Positions 9,383-20,035 of a stretch of DNA of 64,000 bases are shown piece after piece. This DNA is from Candidatus Moraniibacteriota bacterium (GTDB lineage Bacteria; Patescibacteriota; Minisyncoccia; Moranbacterales; GCA-2747515). Each line of letters opens with the position of its first letter. Position 1 is the stretch's first letter. The position numbers were made by a program, and so were the translations under genes. The notes beneath the pieces are model-generated. The model had not been told where the DNA came from and did no database searches. It saw only the letters and a program-made list of their open reading frames with translations. Location: contig CP175956.1 in assembly GCA_046116545.1 (NCBI GenBank), positions 897,734 through 961,733 on the forward strand, written 5' to 3'.

Positions 9383-10636
9383 CTATTCAAATGGTAAATT
9401 ACTAGGTGCACTACCTTTTCTTGAATCTGACCATTGTACACTAGGAGCTTCTACCGACATATCCGGTAAATGAAATACCGTTGCCAATTCTTTTGTACTC
9501 AAATGAAATGGATAACCACTATCATCTCTATCACGATATCTTCTTAAAATTTTTCTCATTCTATATTCGCTTCTTGATTTTACACCAACATAATCAGCGT
9601 AAACTTTTGATCTATCAACTGGAATGAATTGATTTGTATGATTATCTGAAAACTGTTTTATTGAGGACATTGCACCACCAAGATTCACAGCAGTAAAAAA
9701 GTCTTTTTTTCCTACAACTATAAGTCTCATATTAACACTAAACATTGCTTTTGCAATGTTTTCTTCCAATACTTTTAATACCTGCTTTTCACCTGGACTA
9801 AGCTTAAACTCCAATGGTTGATCATCTCCAGCAGGAGTTTCAAATGCAGAAAATTCTGGAGGTGCATTCCACCCCACCATAATTCCGCCAAACACATCTT
9901 TTATATCAAACCATAATCTTGCAAATAATCCCTCTGGCTTTGCACTCTTTCCCAAAAAATCATCAACAGTTCCCTTACCCCAATCATTAAACCAAGGAGG
10001 CCTATCTGCTCTTATAATATACTGAAGCCACATATGTTGACCTGGACCAAGATTACCAATAGCTTCCAACATACTTGCTAGAGGATCCATCATTGTCCCA
10101 GTTACATCCTCATCAAAATATTCATATGTTTTGATTGGATATGCATCTGGTTTCAACAAAAATAAATCAAATCCTTTCAGTGTCCAATCTTCATTTGGAA
10201 TAACATTAGGAATATTCCCTGTATAATCTTGAACTTCTATTATTTCAACACTCGGATACTGCGCATAAAGAGAACTTTCAACTAAATCTCGAAAGGCTGC
10301 CGGTGTACGTATATAAAAATGTGCAGTACCTTCAGTACCTACTATTTCTAGACTAAAATATGGATTTCCAGCTCCATGACAATATGCACTTATCATATTC
10401 ACTCCTGCATCTGTTGCCGCGAGAGAATCAAAAAAACGTTCCATTATCTTTGGACTTTTTTCTATATCTCTAGGTGGTATAATCTCAAGCAAAACATCAT
10501 TTTGCTTCATGAGAAAGTCTGCTATAAACACATATCTTCCCCACAAACTTTTAAAGATTAACCAAAAAGTTATCGGCATGATTATAAACCAAGTCGACTG
10601 AAACGTCACAAAAATTTGTGAAAAAAATTCTGACAT
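9383..10636 (-). CDS. Conserved membrane-anchored partner of the VirD4-like ATPase
   Basis: N-terminal TM, FSLEI, LYAQYPSVEI, YPIKTY, ELATVFHLP, APSNLP; directly upstream of the ATPase. Confidence 0.75.
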   Translation of the reverse strand: MSEFFSQIFVTFQSTWFIIMPITFWLIFKSLWGRYVFIADFLMKQNDVLLEIIPPRDIEKSPKIMERFFDSLAATDAGVNMISAYCHGAGNPYFSLEIVGTEGTAHFYIRTPAAFRDLVESSLYAQYPSVEIIEVQDYTGNIPNVIPNEDWTLKGFDLFLLKPDAYPIKTYEYFDEDVTGTMMDPLASMLEAIGNLGPGQHMWLQYIIRADRPPWFNDWGKGTVDDFLGKSAKPEGLFARLWFDIKDVFGGIMVGWNAPPEFSAFETPAGDDQPLEFKLSPGEKQVLKVLEENIAKAMFSVNMRLIVVGKKDFFTAVNLGGAMSSIKQFSDNHTNQFIPVDRSKVYADYVGVKSRSEYRMRKILRRYRDRDDSGYPFHLSTKELATVFHLPDMSVEAPSVQWSDSRKGSAPSNLPFE

Positions 10637-10706
10637 TAAACTTTATTTTTATATTTTATAACAAAATTATGCACTTTTTTAGTACAAGTATAAATTCATT
10701 ATAACA

Positions 10707-11756
10707 TTAACTAGCATTCGTATCTAGTGTATAATCATGTCCATTTACCTTTTTTGCAATAAGACTAAGATTCACTCTAACTGTAGTTGGCTTTACATGT
10801 CTCACCTGTAAAACTTTTTCTACAATATCATCAGCTGGCATAGGGCCACCTGCTTCTTCCAAGATTTTTAAAACAATATCCTTTACAGTTCCTTCCTCAT
10901 ATTCATTAAAATTCAATGCATATACACCACGTCCAACCAGCACAAAATTGTCATCTCGTATCAATTCATTATGAACTGTTTGTGGATGTGATTTTTTACC
11001 TTTCTTACCTAAACCGTAATCATCTATAGCTTGTGCTATTTCACGAAAATGCATTGGCGTATCTTTTTCTTTCATTATAAGTAATGATTTTTCCCTAACT
11101 CCTCTTGGTGAAATTTCATCCCAACCACTAAGTCCCCATTTATCAAATGGATTCTTATCAATTTCACTAGATACTACCAAGTAGCTCTCCAATTTATTTA
11201 AATCCATATTTTCCTGAACATTTGACATTTTTTCTTGCAATCGTTCACTCGAATATGTTTTTTGCTTATCTTCAAATATATTCTTTATAGAATCATGCAT
11301 TTCACTCCATTCATCCATATCAAATTCAGTAACAACAACAGAGCCTTTAATAACTGGATGTTTTTTTGAATTCACATAAGAAATTTCATCCATCCCTTCC
11401 ACAAGAAATCTAATCGCACCTTTTTCTTTATTATTTTCACCACCCAATTCCAATAGCTTATCAATATGCAAAACACCTCCATTATCACCAATTTCTGCAA
11501 TTATTTGTTTTTTAACATTATCTACTTCTTCTGAAGAATTAACATTTTTATTCATCTTAAGACCAGATTGAACAATTTGCCTGACTCTCTCACGAGTAAC
11601 ACCATATTCATCACCTATTGCCTGTAAAGTCTCTGGCTTTTCCAAACCAACACCAAAACGCCTTTCAACTATGGATTGTGACCTTTCTGGCATATCAGAT
11701 AATATCACTCCCAATACCTCATAAAATTGACTACTGTTATTATTTGTGCTATTCAT
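10707..11756 (-). CDS. Sigma-70 region-4 HTH plus HARE-HTH (RNAP delta-like) DNA-binding protein
   Basis: RRFG...ETLQAIGDEYGVTRERVRQI; PMHFREIA...QTVHNELIRDDNFVLVGRGVYAL. Confidence 0.85.
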   Translation of the reverse strand: MNSTNNNSSQFYEVLGVILSDMPERSQSIVERRFGVGLEKPETLQAIGDEYGVTRERVRQIVQSGLKMNKNVNSSEEVDNVKKQIIAEIGDNGGVLHIDKLLELGGENNKEKGAIRFLVEGMDEISYVNSKKHPVIKGSVVVTEFDMDEWSEMHDSIKNIFEDKQKTYSSERLQEKMSNVQENMDLNKLESYLVVSSEIDKNPFDKWGLSGWDEISPRGVREKSLLIMKEKDTPMHFREIAQAIDDYGLGKKGKKSHPQTVHNELIRDDNFVLVGRGVYALNFNEYEEGTVKDIVLKILEEAGGPMPADDIVEKVLQVRHVKPTTVRVNLSLIAKKVNGHDYTLDTNAS

Positions 11757-11809
11757 AAAAAAATATATTAAATTTACCCCTTAAATAAGCCTTTTTGTGA
11801 CTTCAAACA

Positions 11810-11860
11810 ATTGTACCAAAAAACTCTTTTTTTGTCAAGCTTTTAAAAATGCTGTATACT
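11810..11860. promoter_or_regulatory. Divergent sigma70 promoters with overlapping -35 elements
   Basis: Minus: TTGACA(11838-33)-17-TACAAT with TG extension; plus: TTGTCA(11832-37)-17-TATACT. Confidence 0.7.
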
Positions 11861-11889
11861 ATGGATATAATAAACTAAACACTAATAAT

Positions 11890-12414
11890 ATGAGTACAGA
11901 TCCAATTGTAAAATGTGTCTCCAGTGATGAATTACACGGTGATGCCAAGAAGATTTTTGAAGATTTTTTAGATAGTAGTGGAAAAGTACCTAAATGGCTA
12001 CAGGTTATGGGGAATTGTGAAGATACAATGACTGGTTTTTTTTCTCTATTTAAATCAGTAATGGATAACGAACCAGCACCAAGTGAATTAAAGTGGAAAG
12101 TGGCTTATGTCGTATCTGACATAAATAAATGTGAATTTTGTATAGGAGCAACACAATCTAAACTTAGTGGTTTGGGCATAAGTGCTCAAGACCTAGAAAA
12201 CGTAGATAAAGCTGAGGATCCAAAGGAAGCTTTAGCTATAGAGTATGCACGTGCTACAACAGAACATGCATATAGCATTGACCCTGAGTTAACAAAGCGA
12301 ATGCAAGATGCATTCTCTGATGAAGAAATTGTTGAAATAACTGCTGTTATTGGAACATTTAACTTTCTCAATCGTTTTAATGACGCTTTAAGAATTCTTC
12401 CGGAATCTAAATAA
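11890..12414 (+). CDS. AhpD/carboxymuconolactone decarboxylase-family protein (start moved to 11890)
   Basis: VSDINKCEFC CxxC, FSDEEIVEIT...NFLNRFNDAL. Confidence 0.88.
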   Translation: MSTDPIVKCVSSDELHGDAKKIFEDFLDSSGKVPKWLQVMGNCEDTMTGFFSLFKSVMDNEPAPSELKWKVAYVVSDINKCEFCIGATQSKLSGLGISAQDLENVDKAEDPKEALAIEYARATTEHAYSIDPELTKRMQDAFSDEEIVEITAVIGTFNFLNRFNDALRILPESK

Positions 12415-12424
12415 TTACTAGATT

Positions 12425-12460
12425 AAAAAAAGCAGCTTATATCTAAGCTGCTTTTTTTTT
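12425..12460. terminator. Bidirectional intrinsic terminator
   Basis: AGCAGCTTA/TAAGCTGCT stem with A- and T-runs between convergent genes. Confidence 0.85.
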
Positions 12461-12498
12461 ATTTGAAATCAATAACTAATCACTTAATGATTGACAAA

Positions 12499-12885
12499 TT
12501 ATTCTGGACGAAGTGATGAATGATGGTGAATTATTTTCCACTCATCATTTTCATTTTTTTGAAACACATATGTAAACCTTGCATTTGCAACTTCCCGCGC
12601 ATCTACTGATCCAACTTCAAAATCATACAATCCCGAATATATAATTGTTCCACCATCAGAAGATTCTTGCACAGCACTTTCAATTATTGTACCAAATGGA
12701 TTTTTTTGTAAAAAATGTTCAAAATATTCTACAGCACCGTCTATGCCTCTTTTTAATTCTCCATTTAATGTAGGTAGAAATGTTGCATCGTCGCTATACA
12801 TTTCAGCTACCTTTTGTTTATCTTTGGTTTGTAAAGTTTCATTCCATTGGATAAACATGTCTTGTGCAATTTGATTTGAATCCAT
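12499..12885 (-). CDS. NTF2-fold SgcJ/EcaC (COG4875) protein, probable iota-class carbonic anhydrase
   Basis: FLPT, YFEHFL, SGLYDF, ARFTYVF, C-terminal HHHSS. Confidence 0.8.
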   Translation of the reverse strand: MDSNQIAQDMFIQWNETLQTKDKQKVAEMYSDDATFLPTLNGELKRGIDGAVEYFEHFLQKNPFGTIIESAVQESSDGGTIIYSGLYDFEVGSVDAREVANARFTYVFQKNENDEWKIIHHHSSLRPE

Positions 12886-12912
12886 TTTTTTAATTCTTAA
12901 TTTTTTATTAAT

Positions 12913-13341
12913 CTAAAGTCCTTTTCTTGCAAGAAATTTCTTAGCTATTTTAATTCTAGACATCTCTCTTTCAAGTGTTGCTGCAACATGAGCATATTCT
13001 GTCTCATCAGTTTTTATAACTTTGTTTTTAATATCTTCTGCTCTCTGTTTTGCAGCCTCAGCCTTTTCTATATCTATATCTTCCGCTCTATCTGCTTCAT
13101 CTGCTAATACTGTCAATGTATTATTTTCAAATTCCAAAAACCCTCCAAAAACAGCAATGCTTTTTTCTTCACCACCTTTTTTAGCGATTATTTCTCCAAC
13201 TTGAAGTGAAGCAATATATGATCTATGTTCTGGCAAGATTGTAACCTCACCATCAGTTACAGGTAACGTTACCTGCTCAGCTTCACACTCACAAACTATT
13301 TGTTCTGGAGTTATAACTTTAATTTTTATCTGTTTGCTCAT
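12913..13341 (-). CDS. atpC: ATP synthase F1 epsilon
   Basis: VITPE, GEVTILPEH, GGFLE, DIDIEKA. Confidence 0.96.
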   Translation of the reverse strand: MSKQIKIKVITPEQIVCECEAEQVTLPVTDGEVTILPEHRSYIASLQVGEIIAKKGGEEKSIAVFGGFLEFENNTLTVLADEADRAEDIDIEKAEAAKQRAEDIKNKVIKTDETEYAHVAATLEREMSRIKIAKKFLARKGL

Positions 13342-13355
13342 AAAATAATTTTAAA

Positions 13356-14765
<1,410 letters not shown>

Positions 14766-14786
14766 TTAGTATCTTATTATATACAC

Positions 14787-14872
14787 TGTCATTTCGACTG
14801 AAGCGTAGCGGAATTGAGAAATCTATAATATTGAGATCTCTCGACTTCGCTATCGCTACGCTCGAGATGACA
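14787..14872. repeat. Palindromic REP/MITE-like intergenic element
   Basis: Terminal IR tgtcatttcga/tcgagatgaca; right half recurs inverted at 55849-55891 (41/43). Confidence 0.8.
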
Positions 14873-14901
14873 ATGAAATTTTAATTAATTTGTCATTTAA
14901 A

Positions 14902-15858
14902 TTATCCTACCGCTGCGCTACCTGCTGAAATTTCTGCTATTTCCTGTGTAATCTTCATCTGTCGTATCTGATTATAAGCAAATGTCAGTTCTTCACTCAT
15001 CTCTTCTGCTGCATCTGTCGCATTTTTCATCGCCATCATTCTTGAAGACTCTTTTGATGCGTTTGATTCCAATATTGCATGGTATAACTGCATTTCAATA
15101 AGTCTTGGAAAGATATGCTCAAGAACTTTTTTTGGACTTGGCTCAACTTTATATTCCATTTTTTGTTCCTTAACTCCAAGTTCTTTTGCAAGATTATCCA
15201 TTTCAGCAATTTGCTTTTCTAAATCAATTTTTGAAACAGGTAGTATTTGACGAATTTTTGGTTCCTGTTTTATAACAGAAACATAATCTGTATATGCTAT
15301 AACAACTTTATCATATTTTTTATTCAAATATTCTTCCATAACTATACTAGAAAGTGGTCGAACCTCATCAATCCCAGGTAAATATGTAAGTTCTGGAAAT
15401 GCTGCTATAATTTCTTTCCCTAATTTACTAACTAATCCCTCACCCTTCCTTCCTACTGTAATAAAGTCTATTTTTAAATCTTTATCAGAAACAGGTGAAT
15501 CTATTTTTTTAGTTCCTATACGATTAACCTTTAGCCTCTTTGGATCTTCTACTTCTGCTCTTATTTTTTTCATTATCTGTGCATTGAAGGATCCACACAA
15601 TCCACGATTTGATGTGATTGCTACTATCAAAACACTTTTTACTTCACGAACTTCCAAAAGCCCATGCTCATAATTTTCAAAAGCACGCGCAAGGTTTGTA
15701 AGAACACTCCATGCAGCATGTGCATAAGCTCTAATCTTCAAAACACTTTCTGTAGATTTACGCATCTTTGCAGCAGAAACCATTTCCATTGCTTTGGTAA
15801 TCTTACCAGTGTTATTTACAGATTTTATCCGACTTCGAATTTCTTTTAAATTTGACAT
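14902..15858 (-). CDS. atpG: ATP synthase F1 gamma
   Basis: KITKAMEMVSAAK, RGLCGSFN, RMMAMKNATD, ITQEIAEI. Confidence 0.98.
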   Translation of the reverse strand: MSNLKEIRSRIKSVNNTGKITKAMEMVSAAKMRKSTESVLKIRAYAHAAWSVLTNLARAFENYEHGLLEVREVKSVLIVAITSNRGLCGSFNAQIMKKIRAEVEDPKRLKVNRIGTKKIDSPVSDKDLKIDFITVGRKGEGLVSKLGKEIIAAFPELTYLPGIDEVRPLSSIVMEEYLNKKYDKVVIAYTDYVSVIKQEPKIRQILPVSKIDLEKQIAEMDNLAKELGVKEQKMEYKVEPSPKKVLEHIFPRLIEMQLYHAILESNASKESSRMMAMKNATDAAEEMSEELTFAYNQIRQMKITQEIAEISAGSAAVG

Positions 15859-15861
15859 AAC

Positions 15862-17364
15862 TTATTCTGAAAAAGTATCTTTAAAATCTTTAATTGCACC
15901 TTCTAATTTTTCAACCGTGTCATCTTCCAATTTTCCACTTTCAGCGATTACATTTATCACATCTTTTTGACTTGATTTCATGTATTTTCTAAATTCATCT
16001 TCCCATTCAAGTATTTTATCAACTGCTACATCATCCATAAATCCATTTGTAAGAGCATATAAAACAATAACTTGCTCTTCCATAGGAATTGGTGAGTACT
16101 GATCTTGCTTCAATAATTCAACTGTTCTTTGCCCTCTTTCGATTTGTGCCCTTGTTTGTTCATCTAAATCTGAACCAAACTGTGCAAAAGCCTCCAATTC
16201 ACGAAACTGTGCTAAGTCAAGACGAAGTTGACCTGATACTTTTTTCATAGCTTTTGTCTGTGCACTAGAGCCTACACGAGATACACTCAAACCAACATTC
16301 AAAGCTGGTCTAATACCTTTGTTAAACAAGTCTGATTCTAGATAAATTTGACCATCTGTAATTGAAATAACGTTTGTAGGAATATAAGCACTTACATCTC
16401 CAGCTTGAGTTTCAATAATTGGTAGTGCTGTAACAGAGCCTCCTCCATATTTTTCATCACGCTTTGCAGCCCTTTCTAACAAACGAGAATGTAGATAAAA
16501 AATATCTCCAGGATATGCCTCACGTCCCGGTGGACGCTTCAAGATAAGTGAAATTTGACGATACGCCCAAGCATGCTTTGACAAATCATCATAAACAACC
16601 AATACGTCTTTCCCTTGATCCATAAAATACTCAGAAATAGCAGCTCCAGTATACGGTGCAATGAATGAAAATGCAGCTGATTCAGAAGCACCCGCTGAAA
16701 TAATAATTGTATGATCCATAGCTCCTTTTTTCTCCAGCTCACCCATTATACGAGCAACCTTTGACTCTTTTTGTCCAATAGCAACATAAATACAAATCAT
16801 GTCTTGTCCTTTCTGATTGATAATTGTATCAATTGCAATAGCAGTCTTACCCACTTGCCTATCTCCAATAATAAGCTCACGTTGTCCACGTCCAACAGGT
16901 ATCATTGCATCAATTGACTTAATACCCGTTTGAACTGGCTCATGCACTGATTTACGTTCAATAACACCTGGAGCCATCTTTTCGATAGGATACATTGTAT
17001 CAGAAACTATTTCTTCCTTTCCATCAATTGCTTTTCCAAGCGGATTTATAACTCTACCTATCATTTTTTCAGTAACAGGCACTGAAAGAATTTTCCCAGT
17101 TGATTTTACTTCTTGACCTTCTTTAATTCCCTTATAATCTCCCAGAACCATTGCACCAACTTGATCTTCTTCCAAGTTAAGAGCAACTCCCACAGAGCCA
17201 TCCTCAAATGTAAGCATCTCACTAGCCATTACATCACTAAGTCCATCCATTCGAACAACACCATCACCAACCTCAAGTACATTTCCAACTTTTTCAGTCT
17301 GTGTACTCATTTCAACATCTGATATTTGCTTTTTCAATTGTTCTACAATATAATCTTTACTCAT
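15862..17364 (-). CDS. atpA: ATP synthase F1 alpha
   Basis: [18 protein letters not shown]. Confidence 0.99.
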   Translation of the reverse strand: MSKDYIVEQLKKQISDVEMSTQTEKVGNVLEVGDGVVRMDGLSDVMASEMLTFEDGSVGVALNLEEDQVGAMVLGDYKGIKEGQEVKSTGKILSVPVTEKMIGRVINPLGKAIDGKEEIVSDTMYPIEKMAPGVIERKSVHEPVQTGIKSIDAMIPVGRGQRELIIGDRQVGKTAIAIDTIINQKGQDMICIYVAIGQKESKVARIMGELEKKGAMDHTIIISAGASESAAFSFIAPYTGAAISEYFMDQGKDVLVVYDDLSKHAWAYRQISLILKRPPGREAYPGDIFYLHSRLLERAAKRDEKYGGGSVTALPIIETQAGDVSAYIPTNVISITDGQIYLESDLFNKGIRPALNVGLSVSRVGSSAQTKAMKKVSGQLRLDLAQFRELEAFAQFGSDLDEQTRAQIERGQRTVELLKQDQYSPIPMEEQVIVLYALTNGFMDDVAVDKILEWEDEFRKYMKSSQKDVINVIAESGKLEDDTVEKLEGAIKDFKDTFSE

Positions 17365-17387
17365 AATTTTTAGTAATTAATAACTAG

Positions 17388-17786
17388 TTATTTTAAACTT
17401 ATTTTTAGCTTTCTTAATCTCCCTAATACACTGCCATCCAAAACTTCATCCTTAATTTTAATGATAATGCCACCTTTTATTTCCTTATCTACCACACTAT
17501 TTATGACAACGCTATCAGAACTATACTTTTCTTTTATAAATGATTGAATTTTTGACTGCTCCTGTGCAGTTAACTCCCTAGCACTTACAACAGTAGCTTC
17601 AATTATATTATTTTCATCGTTATAAATATCTCCAAACTTATTTACAACATCTTGAGACTTTTTCAAATCTCCTGTTTTTTTCATATATTCAACAAATTGC
17701 ACTATCACATCATTAATCTCTGAATCACTTTTATTATCAGTTAATTCATACAAAGTGTTTGCATATTGTTTTGCAGATACTTTCAT
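17388..17786 (-). CDS. atpH: ATP synthase F1 delta (short form)
   Basis: IKGGIIIKIKDEVLDGS; operon position. Confidence 0.92.
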   Translation of the reverse strand: MKVSAKQYANTLYELTDNKSDSEINDVIVQFVEYMKKTGDLKKSQDVVNKFGDIYNDENNIIEATVVSARELTAQEQSKIQSFIKEKYSSDSVVINSVVDKEIKGGIIIKIKDEVLDGSVLGRLRKLKISLK

Positions 17787-17795
17787 AAAATATTT

Positions 17796-18284
17796 TTAAC
17801 TTATCACATCATTAATAATTTGTGCATCTTTTGTATCGTTTATCTTTTCATCAACAATTTTCTCAACTGCAGTAGCCACCAAAACTGAAATTTCTGACTT
17901 CACATCTGCTACCATTTTATCTTTCTCTTCACTGGCAACTTTTTTTGCTTTTTCAACTATTTTATCAGATTCTTTTTGAGCAATTTTTGTTAATTCTTCT
18001 TTATTTGCTTGAGCTTGATCCTCAGCTTTCTTCAAAATTTCTTTTGCTTGCTTTTTTGCTTCTACTAATACTTTTTTTTCTTTTTTCTCAATTTCTTTCA
18101 ATTTCTTCTGTGATTTTTCCGCATCTGCTAATCCTTTTTCTATTTTTCCAGCCCTATCATCAAGCATTTTCAATACTGGTGCATAAGCAAATTTATACAG
18201 AATCAATAATAAAATGCTAAAATTTATCAATTGAGCAGAAAAAAGTCTCCAATCTATACCCAAACTTGTCAATAATTCATTCAT
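17796..18284 (-). CDS. atpF: ATP synthase Fo b
   Basis: QLINFSILLLIL, LDDR, long coiled coil. Confidence 0.95.
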   Translation of the reverse strand: MNELLTSLGIDWRLFSAQLINFSILLLILYKFAYAPVLKMLDDRAGKIEKGLADAEKSQKKLKEIEKKEKKVLVEAKKQAKEILKKAEDQAQANKEELTKIAQKESDKIVEKAKKVASEEKDKMVADVKSEISVLVATAVEKIVDEKINDTKDAQIINDVIS

Positions 18285-18383
18285 ATTTTTATAACCTTAT
18301 ATATCTTAATATATTCAAATTAGTTTTCAATTAGTGACTCGCAAATCAATTGCGAGTCTTTGATTGTAAACCAATCACCTTCA

Positions 18384-18502
18384 TAATATTTTCATATTTA
18401 AGCACAGTTCAAGGAAAGAATAAATAAATGATTGAAGTGTATAATAATACACTGATTGAATTTATTTATTTTTGACGCAGGAATGTGCTAAATATGAAAA
18501 TA

Positions 18503-18505
<3 letters not shown>
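18384..18505. repeat. Long inverted repeat immediately after atpE
   Basis: Perfect 17-bp arms taatattttcatattta / taaatatgaaaatatta plus nested imperfect arms. Confidence 0.75.
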
Positions 18506-18814
<309 letters not shown>

Positions 18815-18870
18815 TTACTACTTGTTTTAAGTAGTCAATGCACAAGTCATTAACTCCTTAACTCAAATAA

Positions 18871-19623
18871 TTAATGAGCTTCTGCTGCCATTTTGAAAAA
18901 TACCAATGTAAGCATTGCAAATACCAATGCCTGTATAAACCCTACAAAAACTTCCAAAAACAAAAACGGCAATGGAACAAACAATGGAACCAAAGCTAAC
19001 ATAACTAATAATAATACCTCTCCAGCAAAAACATTACCAAACAAACGAAATGAAAATGAAATGATTTTTGCAAATTCAGAAATTATTTCCAAAAGCCCTA
19101 CAAAAGTACCTATAAAATAAGGCTTTTTAAGTGGACTTATAAAAAACTTTCCAGCATATTTCTTTACTCCCATTGCCATAATCCCCATAACCTGAGCAGC
19201 AATCACTGCAAAAATAGCAATAGCAAATGTTACATTTAGATCAGCACTTGGACTACGTATAAATGAAACTAAAACTTCTTCACCATGATGAATCTGATTA
19301 ACACCAACTGTACCCATTCCAGGCAAAAGTCCAATCCAGTTTGAAAGTATCACAAAAACAAAAATTGTAGCAACTATTGGGAAAAACCGTCTACTTTGTG
19401 CTTTATCTCCAGTAACTCCATCAACAAGTCCTAATAGTCCTTCTAAAATAGATTCTGAAACATTTTGAAAACCACAAGGAACCAACTTTTGTCTCTTGCT
19501 TAAAATTACTGAACCAATAATTATAATGATGCTAACTACTATAGTCATCAAAAAAGTATTTGTGATCGGGAATCCACCGATTTCTGTAATCACCTCTGGC
19601 ACTAATGAAATTGTTACATCCAT
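18871..19623 (-). CDS. atpB: ATP synthase Fo a
   Basis: NWIGLLPG, SFRLFGNVFAGE, FIQALVF. Confidence 0.97.
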   Translation of the reverse strand: MDVTISLVPEVITEIGGFPITNTFLMTIVVSIIIIIGSVILSKRQKLVPCGFQNVSESILEGLLGLVDGVTGDKAQSRRFFPIVATIFVFVILSNWIGLLPGMGTVGVNQIHHGEEVLVSFIRSPSADLNVTFAIAIFAVIAAQVMGIMAMGVKKYAGKFFISPLKKPYFIGTFVGLLEIISEFAKIISFSFRLFGNVFAGEVLLLVMLALVPLFVPLPFLFLEVFVGFIQALVFAMLTLVFFKMAAEAH

Positions 19624-19685
19624 AAAATAATATTAAATCCCCTACACAAATTTTAAGATTAAAAAAAAATACCCTCATCTCACTT

Positions 19686-19931
19686 TTATATATCTTGCAT
19701 TATCCGAGCAGTTTTCCTATATACAAGATACGAAGATAATAGTATGGAAACAAAGATTCCTAGCAAAAGAAATATTGGGGAGCTTTCGAGCTTATTATCA
19801 AGCAATCTACCACCCAAGGCAAAACCAACAGCTGGAATTGCTATCATAAATCCTAATTCAAATGCTAGAGAAAGTGCATAAAAAACTCCACTATTCTCTG
19901 TTTTTTTATCTTGATCTTTTAACATATTCAA
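19686..19931 (-). CDS. AtpZ/AtpI-family ATP synthase accessory protein
   Basis: Two TM, G-x-x-LD motif; first gene of atp operon. Confidence 0.8.
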   Translation of the reverse strand: MNMLKDQDKKTENSGVFYALSLAFELGFMIAIPAVGFALGGRLLDNKLESSPIFLLLGIFVSILLSSYLVYRKTARIMQDI

Positions 19932-20035
19932 TCATATAATTACTTAGTAAAATTGTCAACAGCTGCTCAAAAAAAATATACATCCCTTCCTTTTTAAGGA
20001 GGGTATTGAAGGGTCATTTTTTTACATAGCACACC

